Notes under the pieces: generated by a model
Seen by the model: the letters and a program-made list of their open reading frames with translations, nothing else
What the model was told of the DNA's origin: nothing
Database searches by the model: none
Shown here: piece by piece, positions 1 to 13,339 of the stretch
Numbering within the stretch: position 1 is the stretch's first letter
How the letters are laid out: each line of letters opens with the position of its first letter
Program-made: the position numbers and the translations under genes
NCBI GenBank assembly: GCA_964016885.1
Contig: OZ024741.1
Location: forward strand, 391,902,001 to 391,966,000
DNA length: 64,000 nucleotides
Reading direction: 5' to 3'
From: Eledone cirrhosa
Taxonomy: Eukaryota

Positions 1-97
1 ACACACACACACACACATATTAACACAAGCATGACTCCATACAATTCATCAATACTGCATGCAGCAACGATGACAGAGAACAACAATAAAGACTTAC

Positions 98-159
98 AAG
101 AAACTGCATTCTCTGTTGGAATGTGAATAGGTAAACGTGATGTTCAATTCAAAAGGACT
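98..159 (-). CDS. PUS10: Pus10 exon 7 (gene continues off the left edge)
   Basis: CAG acceptor, GTAAGT donor. SPFELNITFTYSHSNRECSF matches SLFEVSVVFAHPETVEDCHFL. Confidence 0.85.
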
Positions 160-602
160 CTGTGTAGAGACAAAAGGCAATATTAAAATAAAACGGACAA
201 GTTATATCTCTGAGTTAATGACGAGCTTGTGTGTCTATTCCATCTACTTGAAATAACAGCAAAATCTCCATCAAATGACACCACCACCATCTTAGAAAAG
301 GATATGCATCTGGAAAGTTTCTCTTAAGATGCAAGCATTTTTAGATCTTTTTTCTAAATGACCAGCAGTTGCCAATACATGAATGCCTCCCCTCTTCCCG
401 CCACTGATGTTTTTCAAAGGAAAGGCAAGGGCTGATACAGTTTAGGACTAGTGATGTTGCAGGGGAACTTAGAATGCAAATGCTTTGATGCATTAACATC
501 TTTCCCAATCCACTGCCCTAGACTGGTACTTTATTTATTGATCACAAAAGAATGAAAGGTAAAGTTAGCCTTGGCATAGTTTAAACTCAGAATACAAAGA
601 AC

Positions 603-651
<49 letters not shown>

Positions 652-1528
652 TATGTGTGTGTGAATTTGTTTTTTCTACATGTCTTTATACTTGACACTA
701 TTTGGGCAGACAGTAATGTTTGTTTGTCCTTCATAAACAATATTTCCCACAGTTTAACAATTCGACATGTAATGTTTATTAGTGAACAAATACCTTGCTT
801 CAAAAAACAGGAAAGGCATCCTGTCATAGAAACTGTCACAAAATGTCTCATCTCAGCCATACCAGCATGGAAAAGTGGACATAAAAACTTGGTCAGAAAG
901 TGCTGCCAGATGACTTTACCAGCTCAAGAAAACCTTACAGGTACAGTAGAGCTGTAAATCAGATGTGTACGAGATGTAGGGAGTACAACAAAACCATCAG
1001 CCATACACATGTTTAATATTTGACTATTACTAACATGTAGAGTTATGTTTAACTGTTGTTATGAATAGGATGGATCCTGTTGTCAGCTGAGTCTCTCATA
1101 GAGTTGATCCCTCAGCCATCAACATATAGGAATACTGAAAACCATAGCTATCCATGTAATCCTACCCTAGAATTAACCAAGAAAGTAACCTTTACATAGT
1201 CATTTGTTCTGCTAAAAATAGCAACCAGCTTATAAGAAGGCTTGAAACCATAGCCAGTTATATAAACGTCTAGAATAAATCAAAGGCGAGCCTCTACAGA
1301 GTCATTTGACCTGCTAAAAATAGTAACTAATCCACCTGCAAATCACACCATAATGTCTTTAAAAAATGTAAAGGACATATTGGATGTAATCAAAAGCAGA
1401 ATGGTCACTGCTGGAGTACTTTTCATTAGAAGTCTGCTCAATCAGCAATTTAAACAAGAAAGATAGCATGTCTGGAGGAATACTAAGTAGTTAATAGTTT
1501 GGGGAAATGCATATGGAAAAAATGTTAC

Positions 1529-1640
1529 CTTCATATAGAAAGGTGCACCGAGAGCATCAGCTAATATAGGTCCATTCTGCCATTTCCATACTTCTTTGAT
1601 AGCTGGGATATCATCATCTGAGATACCATGGTACATAGCA
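1529..1640 (-). CDS. PUS10: Pus10 exon 6
   Basis: CAG acceptor, AAG|GTAAC donor. AMYHGISDDDIPAIKEVWKWQNGPILADALGAPFYMK matches GRDDIVQLKEAYKWITHPLFSEELGVPIDGK. Confidence 0.9.
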
Positions 1641-1751
1641 CTGTTCCAATATTTCAAAAGTAAGATAAAGAAGAGTATTTCGCAAACAAAACACATTCTG
1701 AAATGCATGTCAAATCTTCTGTCTAGAAAAAGGAACCACAAGGTAATGCTT

Positions 1752-2560
1752 TATGGGTTTGGTGCTAGGAATGAGGAAGGTTTCAGGCTCCTGGAATTCT
1801 TCAATGCTAATGATCTGTAATATGAACTTCAAAAAATGAGACATCCACTTAATCACCTATAGATCAGGTGAGCACACAAGCCAGATAGATTTTATCCTTA
1901 TCAGAAGATGAGATAGAGTGATGCTTGTAAACACAAAGTCCCTCCCTGGTGAAGAACGCACTTCCCAACATAGCCTAGTAGTTAGCGACCTTATAATTAG
2001 GGCTAAAGGAACCCAGCAACACAGATCAACATGGAGAAGAATATGGAAGTTAAAGGACCTATCAGTCAATAAAATTCAGAGGTATGTTGATTGACACTTT
2101 CGACAGTAATGAGGGACAAATAGAGACATGCGATATAGAGGAGCAGTGAGAGTTTCTGAAAGATAACCTACTGTGGTTGGAGCAGGTCTATATGGAGAAG
2201 GAGAGTGACTTAGTGGTAGAATAGTAGGGTAGATGAGATAATTAAGGCAAAAAAAACAGGCATGGAAAGAATGACAGAATTGGGGAAGCAGAGTCTCTAC
2301 CAGAATGCTAGGAGAGAAACTAGGCAACAAATATATCTTACAAGAAGGGAAGCAGAAAACAAAAAAAATGTAAGCACGTTTTGCAGAATGAGGTGTTCAG
2401 GATTGCAAGGCAGTGTGTTAGGGAAAATTGCGATGTTGATGGGGAGAAGTGTCTGAAATGATGATGGCGAACTTGCCTTCACTGACTCTGAAAAGAAGAT
2501 ACAATGGAAAACGTCATTATGAAAGATTGCTGAATGAGGAGAATGCATGGGAAGAAAATA
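1752..2560 (+). mobile_element. RTE-clade LINE fragment (APE end/linker), decayed
   Basis: YGFGARNEEGFRLLEF and QIDFIL motifs; collinear with 7410-8240; stops and deletions. Confidence 0.85.
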
Positions 2561-2682
2561 GTTGGAGAAGTGATCTTTCAACTGTCCATTTTCCTTTCCA
2601 AATCTGAAATTTAGCCACAATCGACCAAAATGTAAAAAAATAAAATTGTATTGGGGAAATATTTAAAAATATATATGCACAA

Positions 2683-3021
2683 TGGAGGCACATGGCTTAG
2701 TGGTTAGAGCATTGGCCTTGCAATCAAAAGGTTGTGAGTTCAATTCTCAGACCGGGTGATGTGTTGTTCCCTTGAGCAAGACACTTTATTTCACATTGCT
2801 CCAGTTTACTCAGCTGTAGAAATGAGATGATAGGGACTGCGGTCTCTATCATTCCACTGCAAAGTGGTCGTGGAGGTGCCACGGCAAAAAAGCACCCAGC
2901 ACTCACTGTAAATGAGGTTGGTGTTAGGAAGGGCATCCAGCTGTAGAAATCAAGCCAGAATCAGTTCCCGTCCCACCCTTGCAAGCAGGGAAAAGCGGAC
3001 GTAAAATGAAATGATGATGAT
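2683..3021 (+). mobile_element. tRNA-derived SINE with CORE-like middle and RTE-derived 3' tail
   Basis: A box TGGCTTAGTGG, B box GAGTTCAATTC, CCTTGAGCAAGACAC core, tail shared with the RTE 3' UTR, ends in (GAT)n. Confidence 0.85.
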
Positions 3022-3308
3022 GCACCTTTCACATTTTCAGCCACAGAGATGATTGCATAATAATTAGTCGGATTTTTGATTAAACAGAACTTATCCCCTG
3101 AAATAAACAGTGTGTTTTCCGATCTATGTCCGTTTCTTTTCTTCAAATAATATGTAAACAGCGATTGTAATGGGTAAATATATAAAAATATTTATGCAGT
3201 TCTCACAACTAGTGTCAGATTATTTGTAGAGATAAGTGGTGAAATAATTTGTTGAATTTTCGTGTTAGGGAATACCAAATTAATTATTATTATTATTACT
3301 ATTATTAG

Positions 3309-3742
3309 AGTGGTGGATTGGCAGTATCGGTAGAGGGTCAGACGCCATGCTTTGCAGCATGGAGTTACGGCCCTTTATGGTCTGAGTTCAAATCCTGCCG
3401 AGGTTAACTTTGCCTTTCATCCTTACGGGGTTGATAAAATAAAGTACCAGTAATACACTGGGATAATTGCTGGCCTTGTGCCAAAAGTAGAAACAATTAT
3501 TATTATTATTATGAAGGGCGGTGGATTGGCAGAATCGGTAGAAAGTTCGACACCATGCTTTGCAGCATAGAGTTACGGTCCTTTACGGTTTGAGTTCAAA
3601 TTCCGCCGAGGTTAACTTTGCCTTTCATCCTTATGGGGTCGATAAAATAAAGCACCAGTAATGTACTGGGTCGATTTAATCAACTTTCCCCTCCCCACAA
3701 ATAACTGGCCTTGTGCTTATACTAGAAATCATTATTATTATA
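3309..3742 (+). mobile_element. Two tandem copies of a second tRNA-derived SINE family
   Basis: GGTGGATTGGCAG...GAGTTCAAATYCYGCCGAGG...TTTGCCTTTCATCC...(ATT)n, repeated twice. Confidence 0.85.
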
Positions 3743-3872
3743 TAATATATATATATATAAGCAAACATAGTTGTGCATGTGCCTCTACATTTCTCAGCAT
3801 ATACATGAGTATTTATGATATATATATAAATATTACTTTCAAAATATTTTAATTTTGATAAAAACTACTTAC

Positions 3873-3907
3873 GTAAATTCATCTCTTAAATGAAGGTAAA
3901 CTGAATG
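3873..3907 (-). CDS. PUS10: Pus10 exon 5 (35-nt mini-exon)
   Basis: TTTTTCAG acceptor, GTAAGT donor. Encodes HSVYLHLRDEF+AC (compare HAAWLLVKQEM); the phase-2 end matches the next exon. Confidence 0.8.
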
Positions 3908-4479
3908 CTGAAAAATAAGGATAATTATAATTCAATAATTGTATTTGCCTTTAGAACTTTAATTGGAATAATTTATTTTCAAAAACATCATTTATTAAAA
4001 CAAAGACTATGAAAATTCGGGTAATGCTAATTTTTCAACAATCAAAATTCCCAACCTGCTTTTTATAGTAAAGGAGCATCTATATAGTTACTCAACTTGC
4101 TAAAAATAACAGCCAAATATCCTTGCAATTACACCCTACCACCTTAGGATACATCAAATAATGTAGTCCAAAGTACACTATGTGCCACTGTAAGCAGTCT
4201 ATATTAAACCAAACTTTAGAGAAAATAAACAAATAATCATTTGGACACAGGAATGAGTGTAGTTTGCCTCACAACTATACTGTTTTGGGTTTGGAGTGAG
4301 ACCTAAGATCTTCTACCATAGCCCTAGGTCAACCAAAGCCCAGTCTTATGATTGAAATTTGGTCAACATATACTGCAGGGATGCCCACTGGAAAGACCAT
4401 TCCTTTTCTTGTATGAGATATAAACAATTATCTAGTTTAACACCACGGAAAACCACATCGTGTTGATATGTTTTGTTTC

Positions 4480-4875
4480 GGGCATGATTTCTATGATTGA
4501 ATGTCCCTCCTAATGCCAACCACTTCAGTGTACTGGGCACATTTTATCATGGCACCAGCACTATCACTTACAGTGTACTAGGTGTATTTTATCATGGCAC
4601 CAGCAGTACCACTTACAGAGTGTATTGGGTGCCTTTTAACATACCTGCTCTACTACTTACAAGATGTACTTGGTGCATTTTATCATGACCCCAGCACTAC
4701 CACTTTACAGTGTACTGGGTGTATTGAATCGTGGCACCAGCACCACCTAATACCTTATACTGTGTATTGGGTAACACTACCTACCACATTACAGCATGTA
4801 CTGGGTGCATTTTATTGTGGCACTGGCACTACCTAGCACTTTACAGAGAGTACTGGGTGCATTTTATTGTAGCCC
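4480..4875 (-). repeat. Degenerate ~40-bp tandem array derived from the RTE/SINE 3' UTR repeat unit
   Basis: About nine units resembling ACTTTACAGTGTACTGGGTGCATTTTATCATGGCACCAGCACT, the reverse complement of the unit in RTE tails. Confidence 0.75.
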
Positions 4876-4990
4876 TAACAGAATATAGTTGACTATAGCC
4901 TTGAAGGTGGTGCCTCAGTGTAGTCACAGTCCAATGAAAGAATAAAAGAGTGTATTATATGAAAATGAAAAATATGGAAGTTCAGTTTAC

Positions 4991-5077
4991 CTGACGGACT
5001 ATTAAAGAGACAGGCAACATCAACGAACAAAAATAATTGGAAAAGACGTAGCCGGATGATTTTACATGATCAATAAT
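4991..5077 (-). CDS. PUS10: Pus10 exon 4
   Basis: AG/GT bounded, 87 nt. IIDHVKSSGYVFSNYFCSLMLPVSLIVRQ aligns to PUS10 VCQKVEASGFEFTSLVFSVSFPPQLSVRE. Confidence 0.88.
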
Positions 5078-6410
5078 CTATTGAAGGAGAAAGCAAAAGG
5101 TTTTGTTTAGAGACTCATTCAATGTCAATAAAACAAAGTTATTTACAGAAATGTATGAAACATAACAACCATCATTTTATGTCCACTTTTAATGCTGGTA
5201 TTGTTTGGACACCTTGTTACAATTTGAGTCAGATTTTATTCGGTAGTCTGCTGCTGGATGCCCTTCCTAACACCAAACCCTTTATAAAATGTACTGGGTG
5301 CATTTTGTCATGGCATCAGCATTAGAGAAGTTGTCATGTCTTAAAGAAAACTAAAGAGCCCTCTCTACTCTCCATTGCTTCCATTCCTATATACTTTACA
5401 GACTATACTGGGTACACTAGAAAGGTTACCTTTCTCTTACATGGCATAGAGTCCTATTCACTTTACATCATCTGCATTCTTTCAAGGAAAAAATGGACAA
5501 AAGGTTAAATGAAGAGAGAATATAAAGACAATCTACTAATTCTTTCATTACCAAGTTGCCCAATACTACCTTTGTTTCTATGAAACAAAACTGCACCCAT
5601 GTTAAAGTTGTTACAATTTAAATTAAAACGTTCATATATTTATATCAATACATTCTGTTATGTTCCAAACACCAATTTAGAAATGAAAAAAATTAAAGAT
5701 ATCCTAAGATAACTATGTGACATGATGTCAACACTAGAACATCTAGTCAAAAATTAAAACAACTATTAACATCAGTTTGATTCCCAGACCAGGTGATGTG
5801 TTATGTCCTTGAGCAAGACAGTTTATTTCACGTTGCTTTTTCTGCAAGGAGTTGTGACCAGTAGATAGTATCTGTAATGGAAAGACGAATGGAAACATTA
5901 TTTCCTTGGTCCAATTTGATGAGTTCCACCCTAATTGGTAAGTAAAAGAGGTCCGGGAACTTGACAATTGATTTGATTGAGAATAAGTACCAGTCTAAGT
6001 GGGTAAACTGATGGAATTGTTAGAACATCCAAGATGCCTTGCAGTATTTGCTCCAAATCTTTGCATTCTGAGTTCAAATACTGCCATAGCCAACTTTACC
6101 TTTCATTCTTTCAGAGTTGATAAAATAAAGGACCAGTCTGTGATAGTGGATTGGTGAAAGTGTTAGAGTGTTGGATGATATGCCTTATTCTCACTCTTTG
6201 CATTCTGGCTTTAAGTTCTGATGTGGCCTACTTTGGTAGTAGACATAATCCACTGTCCACTCTGTTGAAAGCAATTAAGCTTGGTCCCTGATTTAAACTT
6301 ACCTTCTTCATTTCCTCCAGTTTTGGAGGCCCTAGATAGGATCGTAGGTACTGCCTTCCAGCCCTGATCAAACAGCAAAAAAAATGATAAAACTAGTGCA
6401 AAAGACTTAC

Positions 6411-6542
6411 TTTTTGTGTAAATGTATCTGAGCAAAACTGTTGAAGAATCCCTAAACAGCAGATACAAATTTTATCTGTTGCCTCAGGTACTGTTCCCAA
6501 AGTTTCCCCACACATTTCCTTGATAAATTTCACAATCTCAGG
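6411..6542 (-). CDS. PUS10: Pus10 exon 3
   Basis: TTTTTAG acceptor, GTAAGT donor, 132 nt, phase 0. ...DKICICCLGILQQFCSDTFTQK matches PUS10 NVCNVCLGILQEFCEKDFIKK. Confidence 0.92.
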
Positions 6543-6904
6543 CTAAAAATAAACCATCAAATTATTAGATTAATACAATTTGAACAGACTATAATAATGT
6601 TTTTTTAGATGTGGGTGGGGTAAAACTGGAAGGATGTAGAGTTACACAGTATTTATCATGGGAAATGATAAATAATAACAATAAATATGAACAAAACAAA
6701 ATCAGACTAAAAGAGACCTTAGGACAAATATTTCCAATGGAAAAATGAAAGATCAACAAATATAACCAAATGAACTAGACACGCACACACGCACTCATCC
6801 TTACGGGATCGATAAAATAAAGTACCAGTAATGCACTGGGTAATTGCTGGCCTTGTGCCAAAAGTAGAAACAATTATTTATCATTTCCCATGATTGAAAA
6901 TATC

Positions 6905-9900
6905 ATGCTTCCATCTCCTAAAGTCACCCAACTTCAGAGTTGGTCCCATAAATGTAGGCACATTGAAAGGTCGACCAAATGAGGTTGTAAAGATGCTTGA
7001 ACGTAAGGAAGTTGATGTGTGGTGTGTTCAAGAGACTAGGTGGAGAGGTGGGTCTGCTAGATTCATTGTGGATAAAAAACGATGCTATAAACTTTTCTAG
7101 GTGGGAAATGACAACGGACTGGGTGGAGTAAGAATTATGTTAGCAGAAAAATGGGTAGATAATGTAATTGCCATAAATAGAGTGAACGGCAGAATAATTA
7201 AAATAAGACTAGTTCTAAATAGAACAACTGTGTCAATAATATCTGTTTATGCACTCCAATCTGGTCTACCAGACATTATAAAAGACAGGTTCTATGAGTT
7301 GCTAATGCTCACTTCCTCCCAAATAACCGACAGTGACTACTTAATTATTGCTGGCGACCTTAATGGTCATGTTGAACAACATTGTGATGGCTATGATGGT
7401 GTCCATGGAGGTTATGGGTTTGGTACTAGAAATGAGGAAGGCTTCAGGATCCAGGAATTCTGTGATGCCAATAGCCTAACTATCTGTAACACAAACTTGA
7501 AAAAAACAAGACAATCGTTTGATCACCTATAGATCAGTGGAGCACACCAGCCAGATAGATTTTATCTTTACTAGAAGACCAGACAGAATGTTTGTTGTAA
7601 ACACTAAGTCCCTCCCTGGTGAAGAATGCACCTCCCAACATAACCTAATAGTTAGTGACCTCATAGTCAGGGCTAGATGAACTTGACAACAGAGAACAAT
7701 CTTGAGAAGAATGTGGAAGTTGAAGGACCCCAAAGCCAATAACAAATTTAAAGCCATATTACTTGATGCTTTTGACAGTAAGGAAGAGCAATTAGAAACG
7801 TACAATATAGAGGAACAGTGGGAATTTCTGAAAGATAACCTGCTGAAGGCAACAGATAAAATCTGTGGCTGGAGCAGAGCTTTAGGGAGGAGGAGAGTAA
7901 CTTGATGGTGGAACAGTAGGGCAGAGGAGGCAATTAAGGCCAAAAGGCAAGCTTGGAAGGAATGGCGGAAGTAGAGAACACTATCAGGTTGCTAGGAGAG
8001 AACTTGGGCGACAAGTGTACTTTGAAAAAAGGTAAGCAGAGAATAGAATGTTCAATGCGAGGACCAAAAACGTGAGGTATTCAGGATTGCAAAGCAATGT
8101 GTCAAGTAAAATTGTGATATTGTTAGGGAGAAGTATGTCCATAAGGATGATGGTGTACTTGCCCTCACTGATACTAATAAGAAGGTAGCTTGGAAGTGCC
8201 ACTACGAGAGACTACTAAATGAGGAGAATGAATGGGATAAAGATAGTTGATCCCACAGAGGGACCAGCTGTGCAAGTTAGTGGTAGTATAGTAAGTAAGG
8301 CAATCAAAGATATGAAGACAGGCAAGGCAGCTGGGCCTTTGGAGATAGTTGCTGAGATGTTGAAAGCACCTGGAATGGTGGGACATATTATGGTCACTGG
8401 AATAGTAAACCAAGTAATACAGAATGGGGTCATACCAAAAGACTAGTGTAGCAGCATCATCATTAACTGCTATGAGAGCAAAGGAAACGCTCTAGATAGA
8501 GAAAACTATAGCGGCATTAAGTTAGTTGACCAGGTCAGGAATGTCACAGAAAGAGTTATCGCACAGCTGATTAGGGACCAAATTGATCTAGATGAAATGC
8601 AGTTTGGGCTTGTGCCAGGTAAAAGTACCACGGGTGCTCTCTTCCTTGTACAGCAAGTACAGAGGTACCTAGCTAAAAGTAAACCCATCTACTTAGCTTT
8701 TGTAGACTTGAAGAAAGCCTTTGACAGAGTCCCTCGCTCCATCATCTGGTGGGCTCTTAGAAAACTAGGAGTAGATGGGTGGCTTGTGAGAGCTATACAA
8801 GCCATGTATAAAGAAACAGTCAGTAAGGTTAGAATTAACAATGAATATAGTGAAGAATTTAGTGTAAAAGTTGGTGTTCATCAAGGCTCCATCCTTAGCC
8901 CCCTCCTATTTATTATTGCACTACAGGCTATAACCGACAAGTTTATGACTGGTTGCCCATGGGAACTTCTAAATGCAGATGATCTAACTCTCATAGTTGA
9001 ATCTATGGCAGAAGTAGAGAAGAAATTTCAAACTTGGGAGTCTGGCCTAGAATCAAAAGACCTTAAAGTTAACTCTTCTAAGACTAAAGTTCTAGTATGT
9101 AGAAAGGAAAATAGGGCACAGGTTCCCTCTGGGAAATGGCCTTGTTCAGTGTGTAGGAAAGGAGTAGGTAGAAATTCCATTCTATGTCCCAAATGCAAGC
9201 TATGGGTACATAAAAAATGTAGTGGGATCTCAGGCAAGCTATCAAAGATGTAGGTTTTATACATGGCTGATGCTTAGGTGCAGTAAGTAGCAAGTGCCAC
9301 TGGATACTAGCTCCTTCAAATACCCAGATGGTTCTATAGAAATAGTATATAGTAGACACTTTCCGTTAGCTGGGTGATAAAATCAGCAGTGGCTGGGAGG
9401 GCGTTTTGAAAGTACAGTAGCCAGAGTAAGAATGGAATGGAAAAGTTCAGCTAATACTGCTGTTGGCCACAAAAGGTTTCTCTCTAAAAATGAAAGGCAG
9501 ATTGTATGATGCTTGTATACGAACAGCAATGTTACATGGTAGTAAGACCTGGGCATTGTATGCAGAGGATCTGCGCAGATTGGAAAGAAACGAAGCATGC
9601 ATGCTCCGATGGATCTGTAATTCATGAACGGCAAAGCGTAAATGAACTAAGAGAGAAATTAGGTATAAGAGGGATCAGATGCTATATGCTAGAGAGGAGA
9701 TTGTGTTGGTATGATCATGTGATGCGTATGCCGGATGACAGCTGTATAAAAAGGTGCAGGGCAATCAAAACTGATGGAAGCTATGGAGTAGGTAGACCCA
9801 GAAAGACCTGGGACGAGGTGATAAAAGCTGACCTTGCACACTAGAACCTCTCTAAGACAATGACACATTATCGAGATCTTTGGCATTATGCAGTAATACA

Positions 9901-10306
9901 GAAGACTTTCCCTTGCACACGGACATAAACTTACTCAGTAGACCCTTCTTAATCCAATATACACCTCACACACCCCCTTCCACTTCTGCCCACACCATCC
10001 TTATTCTGTAAAGTTATGTTGGTACCATAAAACATCCAGCCCACACTGTAAAGTGGCTGTGTAGGTGTAACAACAAAAAGTTCCCAGTCCACACTGTACA
10101 GTGGTCATGTAGGAGACATGGCAAAAACACCCAGCACACACTGTAAATGTTGTTGGCGTTAGGAAGGGCATCCAGCCATAGAAAACCAGCCAGAAAGTCC
10201 TATACGAGCAAGACACGGTCACCCAACCTAACTTGCCTCAAATGGGACAAACCCGTCTAACCCAGGCTAATGTCGAAGATAGACATTAAACGATGATGAT
10301 GATGAT
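6905..10306 (+). mobile_element. Near full-length RTE LINE (APE + RT + PHD-like finger + 3' UTR), inactivated; antisense in PUS10 intron 2
   Basis: APE motifs (NVGTL, VQETRW, IAGDLNGHV), RT motifs (QFG, FVDLKKAFDRVP, GVHQGSILSP, NADD for YADD), GRPRKTW C-terminus, (GAT)n tail; many stops and frameshifts. Confidence 0.95.
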
Positions 10307-10860
10307 GTGTGTGTGTGTGTATGTCTAAATATGTATACAAGTGGCTGTTTGTCTCCTCTCTTTGCATTCAACACCACAGGAAATATTTGCTTATGTTCCA
10401 TGTAACTAGAAATCCCACTAACCAGTTGTTAAGTATGAAAACACCTGCACATTACTTTAAAAAAAAAGTGAAAGTTGGTGCAAGGAAGTGTATTTGGTTC
10501 CCAAAACGCCTCAAACCAACCCAGCATGGTGAAACATCAAAACTAATGATATGACTACAATGATGTCACATATCGGATCTATCCCACCTATGGTCATATG
10601 AAGGTTATTCTTGTACTGGTTTCAGTCTTCAGACTGAAACCATGCTGGGGCACTGCCTTCAAATGTTTTAATTGATTATATCAACGCAAGTGTTTGGCTG
10701 GTACATATTGTATTGATCTGGCATAAAAGGACATAAATCAATAACTAAATACTACAGGAAAGGAATCCCCCCAAAATGACAAAACATTCATGAGGTTACT
10801 TAGAGGATAATGATATCAATGATGATGATGGTGATGACCCTGATGATCATCATTACTTAC

Positions 10861-10995
10861 TTTTCGGTTTCTATGATAGAAATGTAGCTTCTTTTCTCCA
10901 AGAAAGCGAAGAACACAATAATGACAACAGCCAATTTTCACCAGTAACTTAGCAGCTTTCTGTACAGTTTCCTCATCACTGCTAAAAAACTCATG
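10861..10995 (-). CDS. PUS10: Pus10 exon 2
   Basis: Pyrimidine tract+TAG acceptor, GTAAGT donor. HEFFSSDEETVQKAAKLLVKIGCCHYCVLRFLGEKKLHFYHRNRK resembles the human PUS10 N-terminal Zn-site region (VAQLLLNTGTCPRCIFRFCG). Confidence 0.88.
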
Positions 10996-11129
10996 CTATA
11001 TAAGAAGAAAGGAAGAATAGCAGCTGAGAAAAAATCAAATTAAAACAGAAACACTTGGAAAAATCTCCAGTCCTGGAAATATTTATAGTGTAAACTAGAT
11101 ATTTTAAAGGACCCCATGATGAATTTAAT

Positions 11130-11313
11130 TGTTTCTACTTTAGGCACAAGGCCAGCAATTACCCAGTTCATTACTGGTACTTTATTTTATCGACCCCGTA
11201 AGGATGAAAGGCAAAGTCAACCTCGGCGGGATTTGAACTCAGATCGTAAAGGGACGTAACTATGCTGGAAAGCATAGCGTCCGACCCTCTACCGATACTG
11301 CCAATCTACCGCC
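11130..11313 (-). mobile_element. tRNA-derived SINE with target-site duplication
   Basis: Same family as 3309-3742 in reverse; flanked by the direct repeat CATGATGAATTTAAT. Confidence 0.88.
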
Positions 11314-12419
11314 ATGATGAATTTAATGATGCTTGTCATGGCGCCGTATGGCTAATCCTTGCTTTAACTCTTAATATCCTGTACCACATGAAACCCCATT
11401 AGCAAAGCATTCATGAAAAGTAAAAAACAGCACTATGACAGCATCAGATTAAAAACTTTACTTTAAACTATAAACATTTGTATTTTTTCCTGTTAAATCA
11501 TTACACGATGTTAAGAGTTAATGGAAAATTTCATTGAAAAACTTGTTACATAGGAAGAACGAAAGAATGGTACTGAGAAATAAATCAAATCAAAACAGAA
11601 ACTATTGAAATAATCTCCAGTCCTGGAAATATTTATAAACTGTGTAAAAAGTAGATATTTAAAAGGACAGCATATTCAGTATGGTTAGATCTCCTATCAT
11701 GGATTCGCCTGCTAGAAATAGTTACCAAACCCCCTCAAAATACCCCTACTGTTTAAAAAAAAAAAAGGATACATTAGATAATGTAGTATTTCTAAATATG
11801 TTAAGTCTGAAAAAAAAAAAAAACAGTATTACCACGAGGCAAACTCATTGTTTGATATATAAACAAGTTATTCTAACAAATAACGCTATAGATGAATATG
11901 TAACCATGCTGAAGATGTTGAAATAAATATTTATTAGAACACTGTTTATATATGATTTACACAAACAAACCAGTAATAATTAATCTGGGAAGGAAAATGA
12001 GAGAAGACAATAACACTCAATATAACAGGGAATGCTGGTGTTTCCCAATGAAAAAAATCTTTGAGGCAAGCCACGACACTGCCGCAGGTGACTGAGGTTA
12101 AGCATCCTCATAAACATCACTTGATATTTCAGTAAAGCTAACTCCCAACGATGACAAGAACTTCAAGCGACCCAGCTCCATCGGACGCTGGGATGAAAAT
12201 GTCACCTACTGGTAAACCACGGTATTTCGGTAGTTTATTTAGTTCGCTTATGAATGCAGTGACACCATATTCACTACAGCATCCAAGATGTGAGAAGGAG
12301 CGAAAGAGTTGCTGACAGTGATGTCCCATATAAGGCATCTACTTCTAACTTAAACGTAAAAAAGTATGACCATCGGACCCCTTATCAACCATTGATAACC
12401 TGACTGGCTTCAGAATTGA

Positions 12420-12835
12420 GGATAATAATAAAAATTATTCTGTACAATGCACATGTGTACTACAACTCATCAAAAGTGCATGTATAGTACATAGAATAAT
12501 GTACAAATGTCAGGAAAATAAACAGTGTATGAGTCATGATATACACATGCGTACGTGTTTGGATAAGGGATATCAGGTGTAGTGTTGCCGAATTTCAGGA
12601 TGCATTCAAGTTTTGAAGGATGCAGTGTCCCGACAACTAACAACTGATGCAAGTAGTTTGTTCAATGCTTCAGCAACTCTGGGCGTGAAAAAATGTTTCC
12701 AAAAGCCATGGGAACTGTACTGCTTTCTAATTTTGTAAGCATGTCCACAGGTGTTAGACACATGGAATTCAAAAAGGCGCTGAGGGTTGATGTTGTTGGA
12801 AAAATGGTTAATAATCTTGTGATATATTGACACAG
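12420..12835 (-). mobile_element. CR1/L2-type LINE 3' end
   Basis: NTCGHAYKIRK...KHFFTPRVAEALNKL..SVVS...SFK matches the CR1 ORF2 C-terminus; (ATT)n-type tail. A related tail piece lies at 20470-20650. Confidence 0.8.
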
Positions 12836-12961
12836 GATAGGGCCCCTTTTATTATTGTTGAAATTACAATATAAAGTGTATTTAAGGGATGCTTGGCCAG
12901 TTATATATAATGTACAGACCAGTAACGTAACTATAACATCATTAACGAAAGTAGAAAATAC

Positions 12962-12982
12962 CTCATGAATCAGTGATGCCAT
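12962..12982 (-). CDS. PUS10: tRNA pseudouridine synthase Pus10, putative coding exon 1 (MASLIHE)
   Basis: ATG in a caaacATGG context and donor GAG|GTATTT. Phase 0 fits the next exon, which has no start codon. The exon is too short to confirm by homology. Confidence 0.65.
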
Positions 12983-13322
12983 GTTTGACTGAATTAATGA
13001 TTATAGTACTAATACCGCACTGAATAGAACAACAAATGGTTTATAAATATATATTTATCAGTTTCTTTAGAATTTTATCAACGTCAAAATTAATTGTAGA
13101 ATAATTTATTAATAAAACATATTTAGTTGAATAATATTTTTTGATAATTAGGTATCTAATATTTATATCATAATTAACAAAATACATCCGAAGACATAGT
13201 TATGGTTTCCTCGTTAATATTTCTGTATCAAATTTGTTTCTGTAATCACTCTCCAATTTGTATTTAGTACCATTATTGTTGGCATTTTCTTTCCCTTCTA
13301 CCCCCATCTCTTGTGTTCTTAG
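12983..13322. promoter_or_regulatory. Probable bidirectional promoter / 5' UTR region between PUS10 and C1orf198
   Basis: Divergent start codons separated by 357 bp with no recognisable transposon between them. Inferred from gene geometry only. Confidence 0.5.
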
Positions 13323-13339
13323 GTTTAAATGAAAGAAGG

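Noticed and set aside
2683-2760. tRNA-like sequences with A and B boxes (also near 3310, 3517, 53329, 62500)
   Set aside because: They are SINE heads continuing into SINE bodies; no complete cloverleaf.
12138-12338. 66-aa minus-strand ORF in PUS10 intron 1
   Set aside because: No recognisable homology, and not needed for the PUS10 reading frame.
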